Both the position numbers and the translations under genes were made by a program. A stretch of 64,000 nt of DNA from Squalus acanthias. Its lineage: Eukaryota. The stretch is from NCBI GenBank assembly GCA_030390025.1, contig CM059432.1, forward strand, positions 148,616,001 through 148,680,000, read 5' to 3'. Under the pieces are notes generated by a model. The model did not search any database, was not told where the DNA came from, and saw only the letters and a program-made list of their open reading frames with translations. Of this stretch, positions 12,060-25,421 are shown in pieces (within the stretch, counting starts at the first letter, position 1; every line of letters starts with the position of its first letter).

Positions 12060-14010
12060 TATAAGCATGGAAGTCAGGAGTGTGAAGGAATACTCAATAC
12101 CCGCCTGGACAGGTGTAGTTGCAATAGCTCGCAAGAAGCTTGACACCATCCAGGACCGAGCCATCCACTTCATCGGTGCCAACTGGACTCAACACTCATC
12201 CACCCCACACCACTTGATGCCACCCCTGTGACCTTCACCACGAAAGAGGACAAGACCACAATGTCATGGGAATGCCATCACCTCCAAGTTTCCCTCCAAC
12301 ATTCCTTAGACTCTGGATCAGTTCCGATGGAGTGGAGGGTGGCCAATGTAACCCCTCTTTTTAAAAAAGGAGGGAGGGAGAAAGCAGGGAATTATAGACC
12401 GGTCAGCCTGACGTCGGTCGTGGGTAAAATGATGGAAGCAATTATTAAAGATGTCATAACAGACCATTTGGAAAGTGGCGACATGATAGGTCCAAGTCAG
12501 CATGGATTTGTGAAAGGGAAATCATGCTTGACAAATCTTCTGGAATTTTTTGAGGATGTTTCCAATAGGGTGGACAGGGGGGAACCAGTAGATGTGGTGT
12601 ATTTGGACTTTCAGAAGGCCTTCGACAAGGTCCCACACGAGAGATTGGTGAGCAAAGTTAAAGCACATGGGATTGGGGGTAATGTGTTGACGTGGATTCA
12701 GAACTGGTTGGCACACAGGAAACAAAGAGTAGGAGTAAATGGGTACTTTTCAGAATGGCAGGCAGTGACCAGCGGGGTACCGCAGGGTTCGGTGCTGGGA
12801 CCCCAGCTGTTTACATTATATATTAATGATTTGGACGAAGGGATTAAATGTAATATCTCCAAATTTGCGGATGACACTAAATTGGGAGGCAGTGTGAACA
12901 ATGAGGAGGATGCTAGGAGGCTACAGAGTGACTTGGACAGGTTGGGTGAATGGGCAAATGTATGGCAGATGAAGTACAATGTGGATAAATGTGAGGTTAT
13001 CCACTTTGGTGGTAAAAATAGAGAGGCGGACTATTACCTGAATGGTGGCAGATTAGGGAAAGGGGAGGTGCAACGAGACCTGGGCGTCATGGTACATCAG
13101 TCACTGAAGGTGGGAATGCAAGTGCAGCAGGCAGTCAAGAAAGCAAACGGAATGATGGCCTTCATAGTAAGGGGATTTGAGTACAGGAGTAGGGAGGTGA
13201 TGCTGCAGTTGTACAGGGCCTTGGTGAGGCCACACCTGGAGTATTGTGCGCAGTTTTGGTCTCCTAACTTAAGGAAGGACATTCTTGCTATTGAGGGAGT
13301 GCAGCGAAGGTTCACTAGATTGATTCCTGGGATGGCCGGTCTGACATATCAAGAAAGATTGGGTCAACTGAACTTGTATCCTCTGGAGTTCAGAAGAATG
13401 AGGGGGGATCTTATAGAGACATTTAAAATCCTGACTGGTTTAGACAAATTAGATGCGGGCAGAATGTTCCCAATGTTAGGGAAAACTAGAACCAGGGGTC
13501 ACAGTCTAAGGATTAAGGGGAAGCCATTTAAGACTGAGCTGAGGAGGAACTTCTTCACCCAGAGAGTGGTGAATCTATGGAATTCTCTTCCACAGAAGGT
13601 TGTTGAGGCCAGTTCGCTAAATATATTCAAAAGGGAGTTAGATATAACACTCACAACTAGGGGGATCAAGGGGTATGGCGAGAAAGCAGGAATGGGGTAC
13701 TGAGGTAGCATGTTCAGCCATGAACGCATTGAATGGCGGTGCAGGCTCGAAGGACCGAATGGACTACTCCTGTACCTATTTTCTATGTTTCTATGTAAGT
13801 CATATACCACCCTGAACTGGACATGTATCACTAGTCCTTCATTGTTGCTGGGTCAGAATCACAGAATACCCGATCGAACACCATTCTGGGAGCACCATCA
13901 CCACCGAGCACTGCAGTGGTTCACGGAGAAGGCCCACCATTACCTTCTCAGGGCAACTAGGGATGGGCAATAAATGTGATTTCACCAGCTTCACCCACAT
14001 CCTAATGATA
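12060..14010 (+). mobile_element. Zenon-like CR1-group LINE 3' fragment (12060-12297 and 13797-14010), interrupted by a CR1
   Basis: KKLDTIQDRA motif; the family sequence CCTCCAAG-TCACACACC resumes after the CR1 tail. Confidence 0.7.
12298..13796 (+). mobile_element. Young 5'-truncated CR1 LINE with uninterrupted RT domain
   Basis: Open ORF to 13703 with NYRPVSLTS, QHGF, YLDFQKAFDKV, GVPQGSVLGP and FADD; 3'UTR and ATGTTTCT tail; no endonuclease domain. Confidence 0.96.
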
Positions 14011-14052
14011 ACGTCAGCATGCCAAGTTAATGCTGCCATCAAGTGAAACTTT

Positions 14053-14740
14053 GGGCTGGATTTTGCCAATGGGGAGCTTTTGGAGGCGGGACCTACACTT
14101 GTCGGGTTTCAGTCCCACCTCCATCAACTTCTGGCCAACCCACGCTATTTTCCCTTGATTGAACTTGTTCAGCCCGCCCAGCGGGCTTAGCAGGCCAATT
14201 AAGGGAAAGCCGGTTACAGGTGACGTCAGCAAGTGACGTTTCATCTGCAAAGAGCTTTTGACAGATGAAATGTCAGCGTTTGACGGCTCTGTGAAGCTGT
14301 CAAACACTGACAATCTGTCCTCTAAGTTCAGTCCTTCCACTCAGGCTCAGTTAGAGAGCTGTCCCGAGCAGAAAGCAGAAGGCTGCAGCTTTTGACAGTT
14401 CAGCGGCCATTCTGCTTTCTGTGCCGGTGAGCTGAGGGACTCCGAGACCTGAAGGGAGGAAGCCTGCAGGAAGAAGTAAAGGTAAGTAAAACTTATTAAA
14501 ACACTTTACACACACCTCACACACTTACCTCTGCACACTTGCACTCATCACTCACCTGCACACCGGACATCTCGGCCCCTCCGACCCCCGCAGACCGACG
14601 GCCCGCCTCGCTGACCCTGGCGAGGTTCGGAGCCGTCGGGAAGCCCACACTTCAGGGCTGAAAATAGGGATTCTCAAAAAAACTGCCTGTTAACGCCTCC
14701 TGGGAAGATGGCACGGAGACGGGTTGGGGGCGGGTTGGTA
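14053..14740. mobile_element. Harbinger-type MITE, same family as 3852-4505; right end not seen
   Basis: Starts GGGCTGGATTTTG, the exact complement of the 4493-4505 end; collinear homology. Confidence 0.6.
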
Positions 14741-15627
14741 GTCACACTACTAAAACCATTATTTATAGCCAAATATGCACCATGAACATACTATCTAACA
14801 CTAGCTGGTTATCGACAACAGAACTGTCATAAAAGGTAATTTAGACACACTTCCTCAATCACCACAAAGCCAATCCCAGTCAACATTTTACCATCTGTAA
14901 TCCGGTACTCAAAAAGCCTAGACTGCAGAATGCAGTGCTCCCATTCTGTTTTTGTTCCGTGCAGCATCTTTACCCAACACTCAAGCATATTCACAATAGC
15001 AACAGCGGCTCATGTCAGGCAACTGTTAGTTAATTTGTTTTTGACAGTAGAAATTGTTGATGGCCCGATTTCGGACGCATAACCAATGGTGCGCAGAGAG
15101 CACATTTCTGCACATTCAAAGGGCCTTACACCTGTTTCATGCGTGGACGCCTATGCTTCAGCCTTTGCCAATATGGCAGGTTCGGCGCAGGATGTCCTGC
15201 CACCTGGCACATTAATCACTTAGACGCCTGTAAAACGGGTGCAGTGTCAACAAATTTCTATGCCAGGGTTCCTAAAATGTAAATGAAAGGTTGCATGGTG
15301 TCAGTAGCCACCAAAGCAGACTAACACTTTAGTGGTCTTTATACAGTATGTATGACATTATTGCCTTGTGCTTGGTAGTATTTGCCCATTATGTTTTGCT
15401 TCTGTAAATTTTGCAAGTGTAAATAAATTGGATTCGTTAGCTTAGCCTGAATGTAATTTGTCTAGCATGTGATCTTTTTTTCCTTTTATGAGAGTAGGGC
15501 TCTTGTCGGGATCTAGCTCAACTTCCAGTAAACAATTTATTGCAATCAGGAATCATTGCAAAGCCCGAGTTACACAAGAAACAAAAGATGCAGGATTTGT
15601 ACTGCGCAGGGCAGTGTGATTAAGGAC

Positions 15628-16373
15628 AAGGGTGTCCTTGAAGCGTTTCCTCTGCCCACCTGGGGTTCTCTTGCCGTGTCGGAGCTCCGAGTAGAGCGCT
15701 TGTTTTGGGAGTCTCGTATCGGGCATGCGGACGATGTGGCCCGTCTATCGGAGCTGAGCGAGCGTGGTCAAAGCTTCGATGCTGGGGATGTTGGCTTGAG
15801 CGAGAACACTGACGTTGGGCGCCTATCCTGCCAATGGATTTGCAGGATCTTGCGGAGGCAGCGTTGGTGGTACCTCTCCAGTGCTTTGAGGTGCCTGCTG
15901 CACATGGTCCATGTCTCTGAAGCATACAGGAGGGCGGGTATCACTACTGTTCTGTAGACCATGAGCTTGGTGCCAGGTTTGAGTTCCTGGTCTTCAATCA
16001 CTCTCTTCCCCAGGCGACCGAAGGCTGCACTGGCACACTGAAGGCGGTGTTGGACTCAAAGCCGCCTTGAAAAAGTGCAACATCCCCGACACCTGGGAAT
16101 CCCTGGCCCAAGACCGCACAAAGTGGAGGAGAAGCATCCAGGAAGGCGCCGAACACCTCGAGTCTCTTCGCCGGGAGCAAGTGGAAGCCAAGCGCAAACA
16201 ACAGAAGGAGCGCACGTCAAACCAAGCACCCCACCCACCCCCTTCAACCACCATCTGCCCCACCTGTGACAGAGACTGTAGGTCCCGTATTGGACTCATC
16301 AGTCACCTGAGAACTCATTTTTACTGTGGAAGCGAGTCATTCTCGGTTCCGAGGGACTGCCTAAGAAGAAAAA
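15628..16373 (+). mobile_element. RTE-clade (BovB-like) LINE with 5' inversion
   Basis: Minus segment TKLMVYRTVVIPALLYASETW...KRFKDTL; plus segment LKAALKKC...CPTCDRDCRSRIGLISHLRTH; AAG tail; TSD GATTAAGGAC at 15618-15627 and 16374-16383. Confidence 0.92.
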
Positions 16374-16878
16374 GATTAAGGACTCTGTCTGGCCGTTTGA
16401 GGAAGAAAATGGTGTTCTTGAAGTACAAACTGTAACACTGGGAATCAAAATAGTGGAGAACAAGTTTTTTTGCGATCATCAATATGAGGGCAATGAAACA
16501 CATGGCATTTTAGGCACCCAATATCTTAGCAAGCCCATGTAGTACCCGCATCAAGCACACCCAAATCAAGTATAGCACAGATAGAAATAGAGTGAAGCTC
16601 CCTCCATGTGGCTCAGCCCCAATCAAAATTAACCCCGAGTACACCTTTTACATTTCCCACACTAATTATGCTTAAGCCTGTCTGAGTAACACTGCCAACC
16701 AATGACAAATTAGGGACTTTTTTATGATGTAGGCTCATGTCCGATAGGAACTTCCCAAACTCATATCACGTGGGACCCTTCCAGCCAGCAGATGGCGGAG
16801 AATTTCATCCGTCAGTCTGGGTTGGATCTGAACCCAGGTCTTCGAGGTGAAAGGGCAACACAGTTCTCAGAGAACAAT

Positions 16879-17621
16879 GGGCCGAAAATTCATCCCGGTG
16901 CGCGAGAGTACGCACTGCGTACTCTCGCGTATTCCCACTCCAATTGCCGGTTTTCTGCATGCCCTGTGCATGCGCTGAAAACCGGCAATTGCTCTTTTGA
17001 AAAGGGGGCGGTTCCTCGGTGCATCGCGTGCGCGCTACAGGCTGCGCGCACGCTGTGCACTTCGTGCTTTGGACGCGCAGGTAAGTACGGAAGATTTTGG
17101 AAATGGAAAAAGGAGGAGTAAGACCCACTTTTAACAAGGTAAGTAGTGAATTAAGTATTTTTTTGAATTTTTTTTAACAGGTATATCTTTTTTAGAGACT
17201 TTAAAGACAGGTAAGTTTATTTTTATAACTTTTTAAAAGATTTTAAATTTTTTCAAAAATTTAATTTTTTATTTAAAATGGTTAATTTATTTAACTATAC
17301 TTATTTTATTAATGTGATGGTTTTTTTTTAAATTTAATTGAGGTTTAGCTGTTATTTTGGGGGGGTGTAAGATTCATAGATTTCACAGCCGTGCTGTGAA
17401 ACTTATGAATGGAAGATGGTGTGCTGCCATTGGCTCTAACTGAGTCACGTGATCCCACAGCTCGCACGAATTCACTACGCCGCTGGGATACGCAAGCACT
17501 GCCCAGCTGATGTCTGGAACATCAAGTTCGTGCGAGCTGGATCTGAAAAAGCACAAGCGAGGTGAGAGATCGCGGGGAAGCCTTACCCCCGCGGGAACAG
17601 AGCGAGATGAATTTCTGGGCC
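16879..17621. mobile_element. ~740-bp MITE (GG-ended TIR, AT-rich core)
   Basis: TIRs GGGCCGAAAATTCATC / GATGAATTTCTGGGCC; same architecture as the copies at 44796, 50157 and 54406; TSD not clean. Confidence 0.7.
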
Positions 17622-18649
17622 ATATATATTTTTTTTAAGTATCTGAAATTCATGCCCGATTTTGGGAGCCCACCAGCACTTGGCTGCTCTCTAATAGACC
17701 TGGAAACAGAGTGAAAAAGGGCCATTTCAACTTGTTTTATAAATGACTACAGCAGCATAAACAGCCTCTGTGTTAATAATGCAATGAAATGCAGGGAGAC
17801 AACAAACCAGAGATTAGGGACTAAAGACCACTGGCAAAGATATTCAGGCATGTAAAACCAGAAGTTACTATTTACAATTCAATTGTAATTTATCAAAACA
17901 AGTCTGTTGGTGGTCCTAGTTTTCTTAGCTGTGATATTGTAGAGGAACTGCATACATTCTTAAAAGGGTTAGGACAAAGGTTCAACTGAGATTATGGGTA
18001 GGGATAAGCAGAAATTCCAATTGTTTGAGATCCTTGTAACTCCTCCTTGTCCATCAGTGATGCTGTAGCCCTAACCTCAATGAATTGGAGATAGCAATTG
18101 CAACTACATTCAATAACTGTAAAAAAATTTACAGGGGACCTCAATCTGATAGCAATAATGAACTTTCCTCATCCAACACTTTCATTTAAGTGCACACTAA
18201 AGGTGACTTTTTATCTGGGACTTAGTATGGCAGGCTGGATCTCACATCTTGTTGAAACAACCCTTGGTATCATTGAAAACAATGCTGAATTCACTCCTTC
18301 TCAATCAGCATCGCCTGATTTAATCTCCCTCGTTTCTCCATGTTCCGTTTCCGCTCTTTGGCTGGGTGTTTTCAAATGTTTTCTACCCATGAAACAAACC
18401 CGAAACTCTCTCCTGGGTGCCTGTAGACTGAGGCATCCTGCGTGATTGCCGAGCAAGACTGCATCAGCGGTGACTACGGGTAACACTCTCGGAGTTGTTA
18501 TCCCAGCGAAGCTCTGAAGAACAGAGGCGTGGCAGCCACTATCTCCAAGTGAAGCTTCAAGAGCTCTCTCCTAATCACGGATTATTATGTTTCTTATATT
18601 CCGGTTTCATTTCAATTCATCATGGCACCTGCCAAAGAGGTTTGCTCAC

Positions 18650-18697
18650 CGTGATGGTACTCTTGGACTTCACCACAACGTGACGCGCTGTTCTCAG
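18650..18697 (-). CDS. Candidate 48-nt exon (LRTARHVVVKSKSTIT)
   Basis: Pyrimidine-rich CAG acceptor; ACG|GTGAGC donor; CpG-rich; open frame. Confidence 0.35.
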
Positions 18698-19782
18698 CTG
18701 AACTTCGTGAGGAAAGACCCAAAAGGAGGGAGGGTGTTTCTCTTGGGGGTTGGTGGGGGTGAGTATGTTGTTCTCACACACCTCCTAAAAGACAGTTGTA
18801 GAGCAATAGCCAAAGGTCCAATAGCCAGCCCTCTAGGTTAGAGAATGGATTGAGACAGGTTTGACTCTTCGAGGGACAAGAGAAAATAACACTGCAAAAA
18901 AAAAAGCAGCGGGGTGGGGGAATATTGTTGAAAAAATAATACAGACTGGGTGTCAAAAGACAATCTTAGGCACTCTTCTAAATACTGTCAAAAGTGCACA
19001 GTTCGAAACATCACAGAACTGAGATCTTTGCAAGGCATGCACACTGAGGGCACATTAAACTTCCTTTCAAATGCAGTGTTTGGTATCTTTGTGCTCTGTT
19101 CCTGACAACATCACCGAGCTCTCTGAAGTTCCCAGCACACAGTATGAACTGTAATCTGTTAAAGATGATTCGTAACCTGGCAGATACTATGTAATATCCT
19201 TTTAAGGACAGAATATCAGTGGCTTGTTTCCTGGGAAGGGTCGGCAGTCCATTTTCTCAGGAAATGCTTATTACTTTAGTGGGACAGTGTTGCTTAATAG
19301 CCACAAAACCTGGGAGATTGGGAGGAGGTCTCATTGAGTGCTGCTAAGAAACAGATAATGTCTTTCCATTTGCGTCATTACTTAATCCTGATAGGGCGGG
19401 GACTGGATTAGACTTTAAGGGTTCATGCAAAACATGTGTGACAGTTTTTGGTCTGTCTGAGGAAGCAAATATAAAACAGGATTGTTGTTTCTTTGTTGCT
19501 GGGATAGAGGTAGGAGGAGGAGGACACCCTTAACTAGATGACTTTCAAGGCCAATTTTACAAATGTACATTACCAGCTGGGAGCCTGCCAGCAGTATTGG
19601 GAAATCGCGGTTTTCTACAGATGAAAGGACAGAAAATACTGTGAGGTTCACTAACCCCAGGCCTCAATATCATATCCTATTTGTTTTCCAATACGCAAAG
19701 CTCTGTAACGGGATTATTAACCTGCCCTATAAAATGATCTTCAATTCACAGTCTGTTGCTCCAAGGAGACAGGCTTACAGTT

Positions 19783-19943
19783 GGGGGTAATTTTAACCTA
19801 TCCTGTCCAGCAGGAGACTGATGGGATCGGATCGCCCACCCCACCCGGTCTTACTTTGCATTTTCAGATGGGATGTAAAACAGGCAGTCGATCCAATCCT
19901 GTCAGCTTCTCCCCCGGTGGATTAGGTTCAAATTACCCCCCCC
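19783..19943. mobile_element. Short palindromic MITE
   Basis: GGGGGTAATTTTAACCTA ... TAGGTTCAAATTACCCCC with ~50-bp imperfect arms. Confidence 0.65.
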
Positions 19944-20029
19944 GAGTCTTTGTACCCAACTTTTGCAGAGGGATTTCTATGGACTACTACAACTGAGCTT
20001 TACTCCCACAGGCCTAGAAGATGGGTACA

Positions 20030-20490
20030 GCTGCAACAACACTCAACAAGCTCAACACCATCCAGGACAAAGCAGCCCGCTTGATCGGCAGCCCATCCGC
20101 CATCTCAAACATTCACTCCCTCCACCACCGGCGCACCGTGGCTGCAGTGTGTACCATCTACAAGATGCACTGTAGCAAGATGCTAAGGCTGATTCGACAG
20201 TGTCTTCCAAACCCGTGGCCGTCAACCACCTTGAAGGACAAGGGCAGCAGGTGCATGGGAACACCACCCCCTCCAAAGCACACACCATCCTGACTTGAAC
20301 ATGGACCGCCGTTCCTTCATTGTCGCGGAATCAAAATCCTGGAATTGCCGACATCACAGCATTGTGGGAGTACCCTCAACATGTGGACTGCAGCAGTTCA
20401 AGAAGGCTGCCTATCACCGCCCCCTTAAGGGCAACTAGGGATGGGATTTGCTAGCGACAACCACAACCTCGAAGAATGATTTAAAAAATT
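20030..20490 (+). mobile_element. Zenon-like CR1-group LINE 3' end
   Basis: KLNTIQDKAARLIG...HSLHHRRTVAAVCTIYKMHC. Confidence 0.8.
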
Positions 20491-20556
20491 CTGGTGTTTC
20501 AGCACCTAATGCGTTCATCTGAAATTCTTTTCCCTAATACATCAGCAGAGGCCTTA

Positions 20557-20940
20557 ATCATAGAATCTTACAGCATCGAAGGAAGCCGTTCATCACATTG
20601 TGTCCGTGTCAGCTCTTTGAAAGATCAGTCCAATTAGTCCCACTCCCCCATTTTTTCCCCATAGCCCTGCAAACTTTCCAAATCATAACAACTCGCTGCG
20701 TAAAAAAATTCTCCTCCTCTCCCCGCTATTTCTTTTGCCAATTATATTAAATCTGTGTCCTCTGGTTACTGACCCTCCTGCCAGTGGAAACAGTTTCTCC
20801 TTATTTACTCTATCAAAACACATCAAAGTTTTGCACATCCCCTTAACTTTCTCTGCTCAAAGGAGAACAACACCAGCTTCTCTAGTCTCTCCACATAACT
20901 GAAGTCGCTCATCCCTGGTATCATTCTTGTAAATCACCTC
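20557..20940 (-). mobile_element. CR1 3' fragment
   Basis: Reverse complement of the 7600-8070-type CR1 end, with internal deletions. Confidence 0.75.
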
Positions 20941-21299
20941 TGTAAGAAAAAACGACTTGCATTTATCCAGCTCTTTATCAAGCCTCAAAAACATCTCAAA
21001 GGATCTCACATAAATGAATGACTTTGAAGTTCAGTGACTGCTGTTAGAAAATGCAGCAGCCATTTTCTCCGCAGCAAGATCCCACAGACAGCAATGAGAC
21101 GACTGTCGAGTCAATCGGTGATATTTGTTCAGAAAGAATGTTGGTCAAGACACCATAAGAAGCTCCCACCCATCTTTGAATAGAATCATTGAAGTTTACA
21201 GTATAGAAGGCGGCCATTCAGACCACTGTCTCTATACTAGAACAATTTCAAGATTGTTCTCCCTCTGCCTAAATCCCAAATCATCTAAATACACATCGG

Positions 21300-22040
21300 A
21301 TTACACAGAATATACGGCACAGAAACAGGCCATTCGGCCCAACCAGTCTGCCGGTGTTTATGCTCCACTTGGGCCTCCTCATCTAACTCTATCAGCATAA
21401 CCCTCTATTCCCTTCTCCCTCATACGCTTGTCTAGCCTCCCCTTAAATGCATCTATACTATTCGCTTCAACCACTCCCTGTGGTAGCGAGTTCCACATTC
21501 TCACCACTCTCTGGGTAAAGAAGTTTCTTCTGAATTCCCTATTTGATTTCTTGGTGACTATCTTACATTGATGGCCTCTAGTTTTGCTCTTCCCCACAAG
21601 TGGAAACACACTCTCTGTGTCTACATAATTTTAAAGAGCTCTATTGGGTCACCCCTCAGCCTTTTCTTTTCAAGAGAAAAGAGACCCAGCCTGTTCATTC
21701 CTCCTTGATAGATATAACCTCACATTTCTGCTATCATCCTTGCAAATCATTTTTGCATCGTCTCCAGTACCTCTATATCCTTTTTATAATATGGCGACCA
21801 GAACAGCACGCAGCACTCCAAGTGTGGTCTAACCAAGGTTCGATGCAAGTTTAGCATAACTTCTCTACCTTTCACTTCTATCCCTCTAGAAATAAACTCT
21901 AGTGCTTGATTTGCTTTTTTTAAATGGCCTTATCAACCTGCGCCGCTACTTTTAGTGATTTGTGTATTTGTATTTGCTCCTCTACCCCATTTAGATTATT
22001 ATTTTCCAAGTAATGTGACCTCCTTATTTTTCTTACCAAG
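21300..22040 (-). mobile_element. CR1 3' fragment
   Basis: FRRNFFTQRVVRMWNSLP on the minus strand. Confidence 0.88.
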
Positions 22041-22885
22041 CACTGATCGTTTGGGTACACCACTTTCAAATCTCCTCAAATCTGATCAAATAATGTCTTA
22101 GGAACAAGCAGACTGTACCTCGGTTTAATGTCTCATCTGAAATACATCAACTCCAACAATGCAGCATTCCCTCAGTACTGTACTGAAGTGTTGGCCTGGA
22201 TTATAAACTCAATTCCTGGAGTGGGGCAGGAAACCACAATCTTCTGACCTAGGTGTGAGAGTGCTACCATTGAGCTAATGAAAAAGGGAGAGAACGCAAG
22301 CAGACCACTAAAGTGACCAGAGAATTATACATCCTGCTCAACTCCCCACACAGCAACTTCAGAATCTCAGAAGTTTACGAGCTGACAAGCCATTCTCATG
22401 CAACTCCGAACAATCATATGAAGATTGGTGGAAGCCAAGGAAAAGGTCAACTGCAAAGTTTTCAGACTGGGCAGCATTAACAAAAAGAAAAAAGACTTGC
22501 ATTTATATAGCACCTTTCACAACCTCAGGACGTCCCAAAATGCTTTGCAGCCAATGAAGTACTTTTAAAGCGCAGTCATTGTTGTAATGTTGGAAACGTG
22601 GCAGCCAACAAGGTCCCACAAAGAAGCAATGCGATAATGACCAGATAATCTACATGGAACTACGTAGAATTTTACAGCACAGAAACAGGCCAGTCGGCCC
22701 AACAGGTCTGTGCCGGTGTTTATGCTCCACACGAGCCTCCTCCCACCCTACTTCATCTCACCCCATCAACATAGGGTTGCAATGCCAATATTTCCAAACT
22801 CCCATACAATTAAGCATACACCTAAAAGTGTAGTCGCTTATAAAAAGAAATCTGGGCGGTATAATGGACAAAAGCTATTCAGAGA

Positions 22886-23356
22886 CAACAACAGAAAGCG
22901 CTGGAAAAACTCAGCAGGCCAGGCAACATCCGTGGAGGGAGAAACAGAGTTAACGTTTCAGGTCGAAGACCTTTCGTCAGAACTGAGAAAAGAGCAGGAA
23001 ATGAAACAGATAAAAAAGCAAGTGGGAGGCTGGGGGGAGGAATAAAAGAACAAAAGGGGTGGTCTATGGTCAGTAGAGACATTAAGAGATGCTCAAGGCA
23101 AGACAAGATGGTAATAGGACAGGTTAAGAAACAAAAGGTGGCTCAGAAGTGTGAAGTGTGAAATGCGCTGGCAGAATGAGAGACAGCTGCTGTGGGGGGA
23201 GAGAGAAATAAAATGGGAAAAGGCACAAACCAAAAGGGTGGATAAAATGTATATATATGTGGTGGGGGCTGAGGTTATGATCTGAAATTGTTGAACTCGA
23301 TATTGAGTCCGGAAGGCTGTAAAGTGCCTAATCGGAAGATGAGGTGCTGTTCCTCG
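22886..23356 (-). mobile_element. Penelope-like element 3' fragment (end of GIY-YIG ORF plus tail)
   Basis: Minus strand encodes LEEQHLIFRLGTLQPSGLNIEFNNFRS*; TSD AGCTATTCAGAGA at 22873-22885 and 23357-23369. Confidence 0.9.
22948..22984 (-). ncRNA. Minimal hammerhead ribozyme motif
   Basis: Same core as 6152-6188. Confidence 0.8.
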
Positions 23357-23814
23357 AGCTATTCAGAGAGTTAGGTCCTCCATTAAAGGCCTGCTTCGGA
23401 TCCTTTTGATCTCAGTTGATTATTAAACAAACCCCATTTTTATTAGGACATTCATCAGGGTACGGTTCTTGTGGCACTCAGTCACATACCGCAGAGCCAG
23501 TGATCTGTTACATAATTGAAAAACCCCTTTCAGTAACCAACCAGCGAGTCTTGGCACCACACAATCACCACGACAGAACAGTGTACTTTATCAAAGAACC
23601 ACCAAATATTTACAGCTTAAACATTTTTACACCAATGGTTAGGGTTTAGTTTGAATTTTTCTTTCAAGAAAGACACAAACCAATTTGGACATCAGAGCAT
23701 TACAAAGAAAGAAGCATGCCTGGCTATGGTCAGATGGAACTGGCACACAACCTGAAGAAACAACACTGCTCACAACCTGCCCCACCCCCACACATCTCAA
23801 AGACTTTTTTTTTA

Positions 23815-24072
23815 CTGATTTTATTGATGTTGGTTGAGGGATAAATATGGGTCAGGACACCAGGGAGAACTCCCTTGCTCTTCTTCAAAATAGGGCAATG
23901 GTATCTTCTACTTCACCTGATACCTGGTAAAGGGCCTCAATTTTAATGTCTCATCGGAAAACAGTACCTCCGACAGTGCACCGCACTGGAGTGGGATGTA
24001 GAACTCGTGAGTTAGAACCCACGACCTTTTGAATCAGAGGCGAGAGTGCTGCCACTGAGCCACAGCTGACAC
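23815..24072 (-). mobile_element. tRNA/Deu SINE 5' half
   Basis: Minus strand begins GTGTCAGCTGTGGCTCAGTGG (A-box-like head); homologous to 57400-57690. Confidence 0.75.
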
Positions 24073-24528
24073 TTAATTGTGTTGTCCTAAAGAACCTCAA
24101 AAGAATGAGGGGAAGAAATGACTAAAGAAGTGTGAAAAGTAAATAAAGAATCCAACACAAACATAACTTCCAATTCAAGACATTTTCACAAAGCATTTGT
24201 GCAAAGACAAATTTGCTATTAACTGGTTTATTGGTAAGTTTAAGTGTTACTTGACAAAAGTACTCCCTGCGATTGCAGAGACTGGTTTAGTTGCTACGTT
24301 ATTTACAAGAAAAATTATTGACACATTTTCCAACATTGCAAGTAAAATCAATGTAAAAAGAAATCCATCACCAAACAATGCCTGCTTGCACTTACATAGT
24401 GTTGAGAAACCATGGTTTTATCACTAAATGCACACGTTGATATTTGCTAATGACGTTTCTGGCTCTGTGTTATTCACCACAAATCAAGAAATTAAAGATT
24501 TAATAATGCATTTGAGTTTTGTCACCAA

Positions 24529-25421
24529 GGGGGAGAAATTCGGTATCGCCCCGTTTGGGGCGCAATTATCGGCCGGGCGCAAAGTTTAGCGCCTGCTGCT
24601 AATTATCGCCTCTGACTGCAAACTTGGCTTCTGTCGCCCCTGGAGGTGATTGGAGGGCTAAATCAGGCGCTACACATCTGTCTTAAGGCGCTAATGCCGA
24701 GGAGTGAGGCACTAACTCAGAACGTGGGCGAAGCTCATGTGATGTCAGTCAGCAATGGAACACAGACACACTGGCGCCGGCCAGTTCTTAAAGGGGAGGG
24801 TTGATCTTGCTCTCCATCCACACCCTGCTCATTGCAGCCTTGAATCTCGGCCTGGAGAGACCTGTACATCAAATCTGCTGGAAAGAACAATGGAGAGGCC
24901 CAGGGAAAGAGCTCTGGGTGCAGCCCCCATAGTCTCTTCTAAATCGATGCAAGGAAGATCAAATCAAAATGAACCTGCAAAGTGCTGCTCAGTACCCAAA
25001 ACTCCTTCACACAGAGTTCAATCTCTCTAGAAGTCTCTCTCTCTCTCAGAATGCGTGGTGCAAAAATGTCGCCGACAAAAAAAGGCAGGAAGCGGTCGCC
25101 TTTAAATAGCGCTCCCCCAGTCCCTTCCCGACTGCAAAACACTCCCCTCAACCTGTCGTTGCTAGCGGCAGGCGGTAAGGCAGGGGTCACCACTCAATAT
25201 CCAGTCCGGGGCGCTACTGGGGCGTTGCACGCTCGACTGATGTCACGATCTGCGGGCGCAGGAGATCGGGGCGGTAGTGTTTAGCGCCGCCACAAAATGT
25301 CTGGTCAATTTCGCGAGCGGCGCAAACATCGCCGCGCCCGGGCGCTAGTTGCTTTGCGCCCCATTAGCACCCTCTTAAGGCGCTAGCGGGAGGCGCAAAG
25401 CAACCAAATTTCCCCCCCTCC
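24529..25421 (+). mobile_element. Internal-deletion derivative (MITE) of the Harbinger family at 28030-32717
   Basis: Left ~385 bp match 28030-28417 and the remainder matches 32171-32717; TIR GGGGGAGAAATTCGGT; probable CAA TSD. Confidence 0.9.

Noticed and set aside
12228..12297. N-terminus of the 491-aa ORF as a real protein start
   Set aside because: Chance read-through from the older LINE into which the CR1 inserted.
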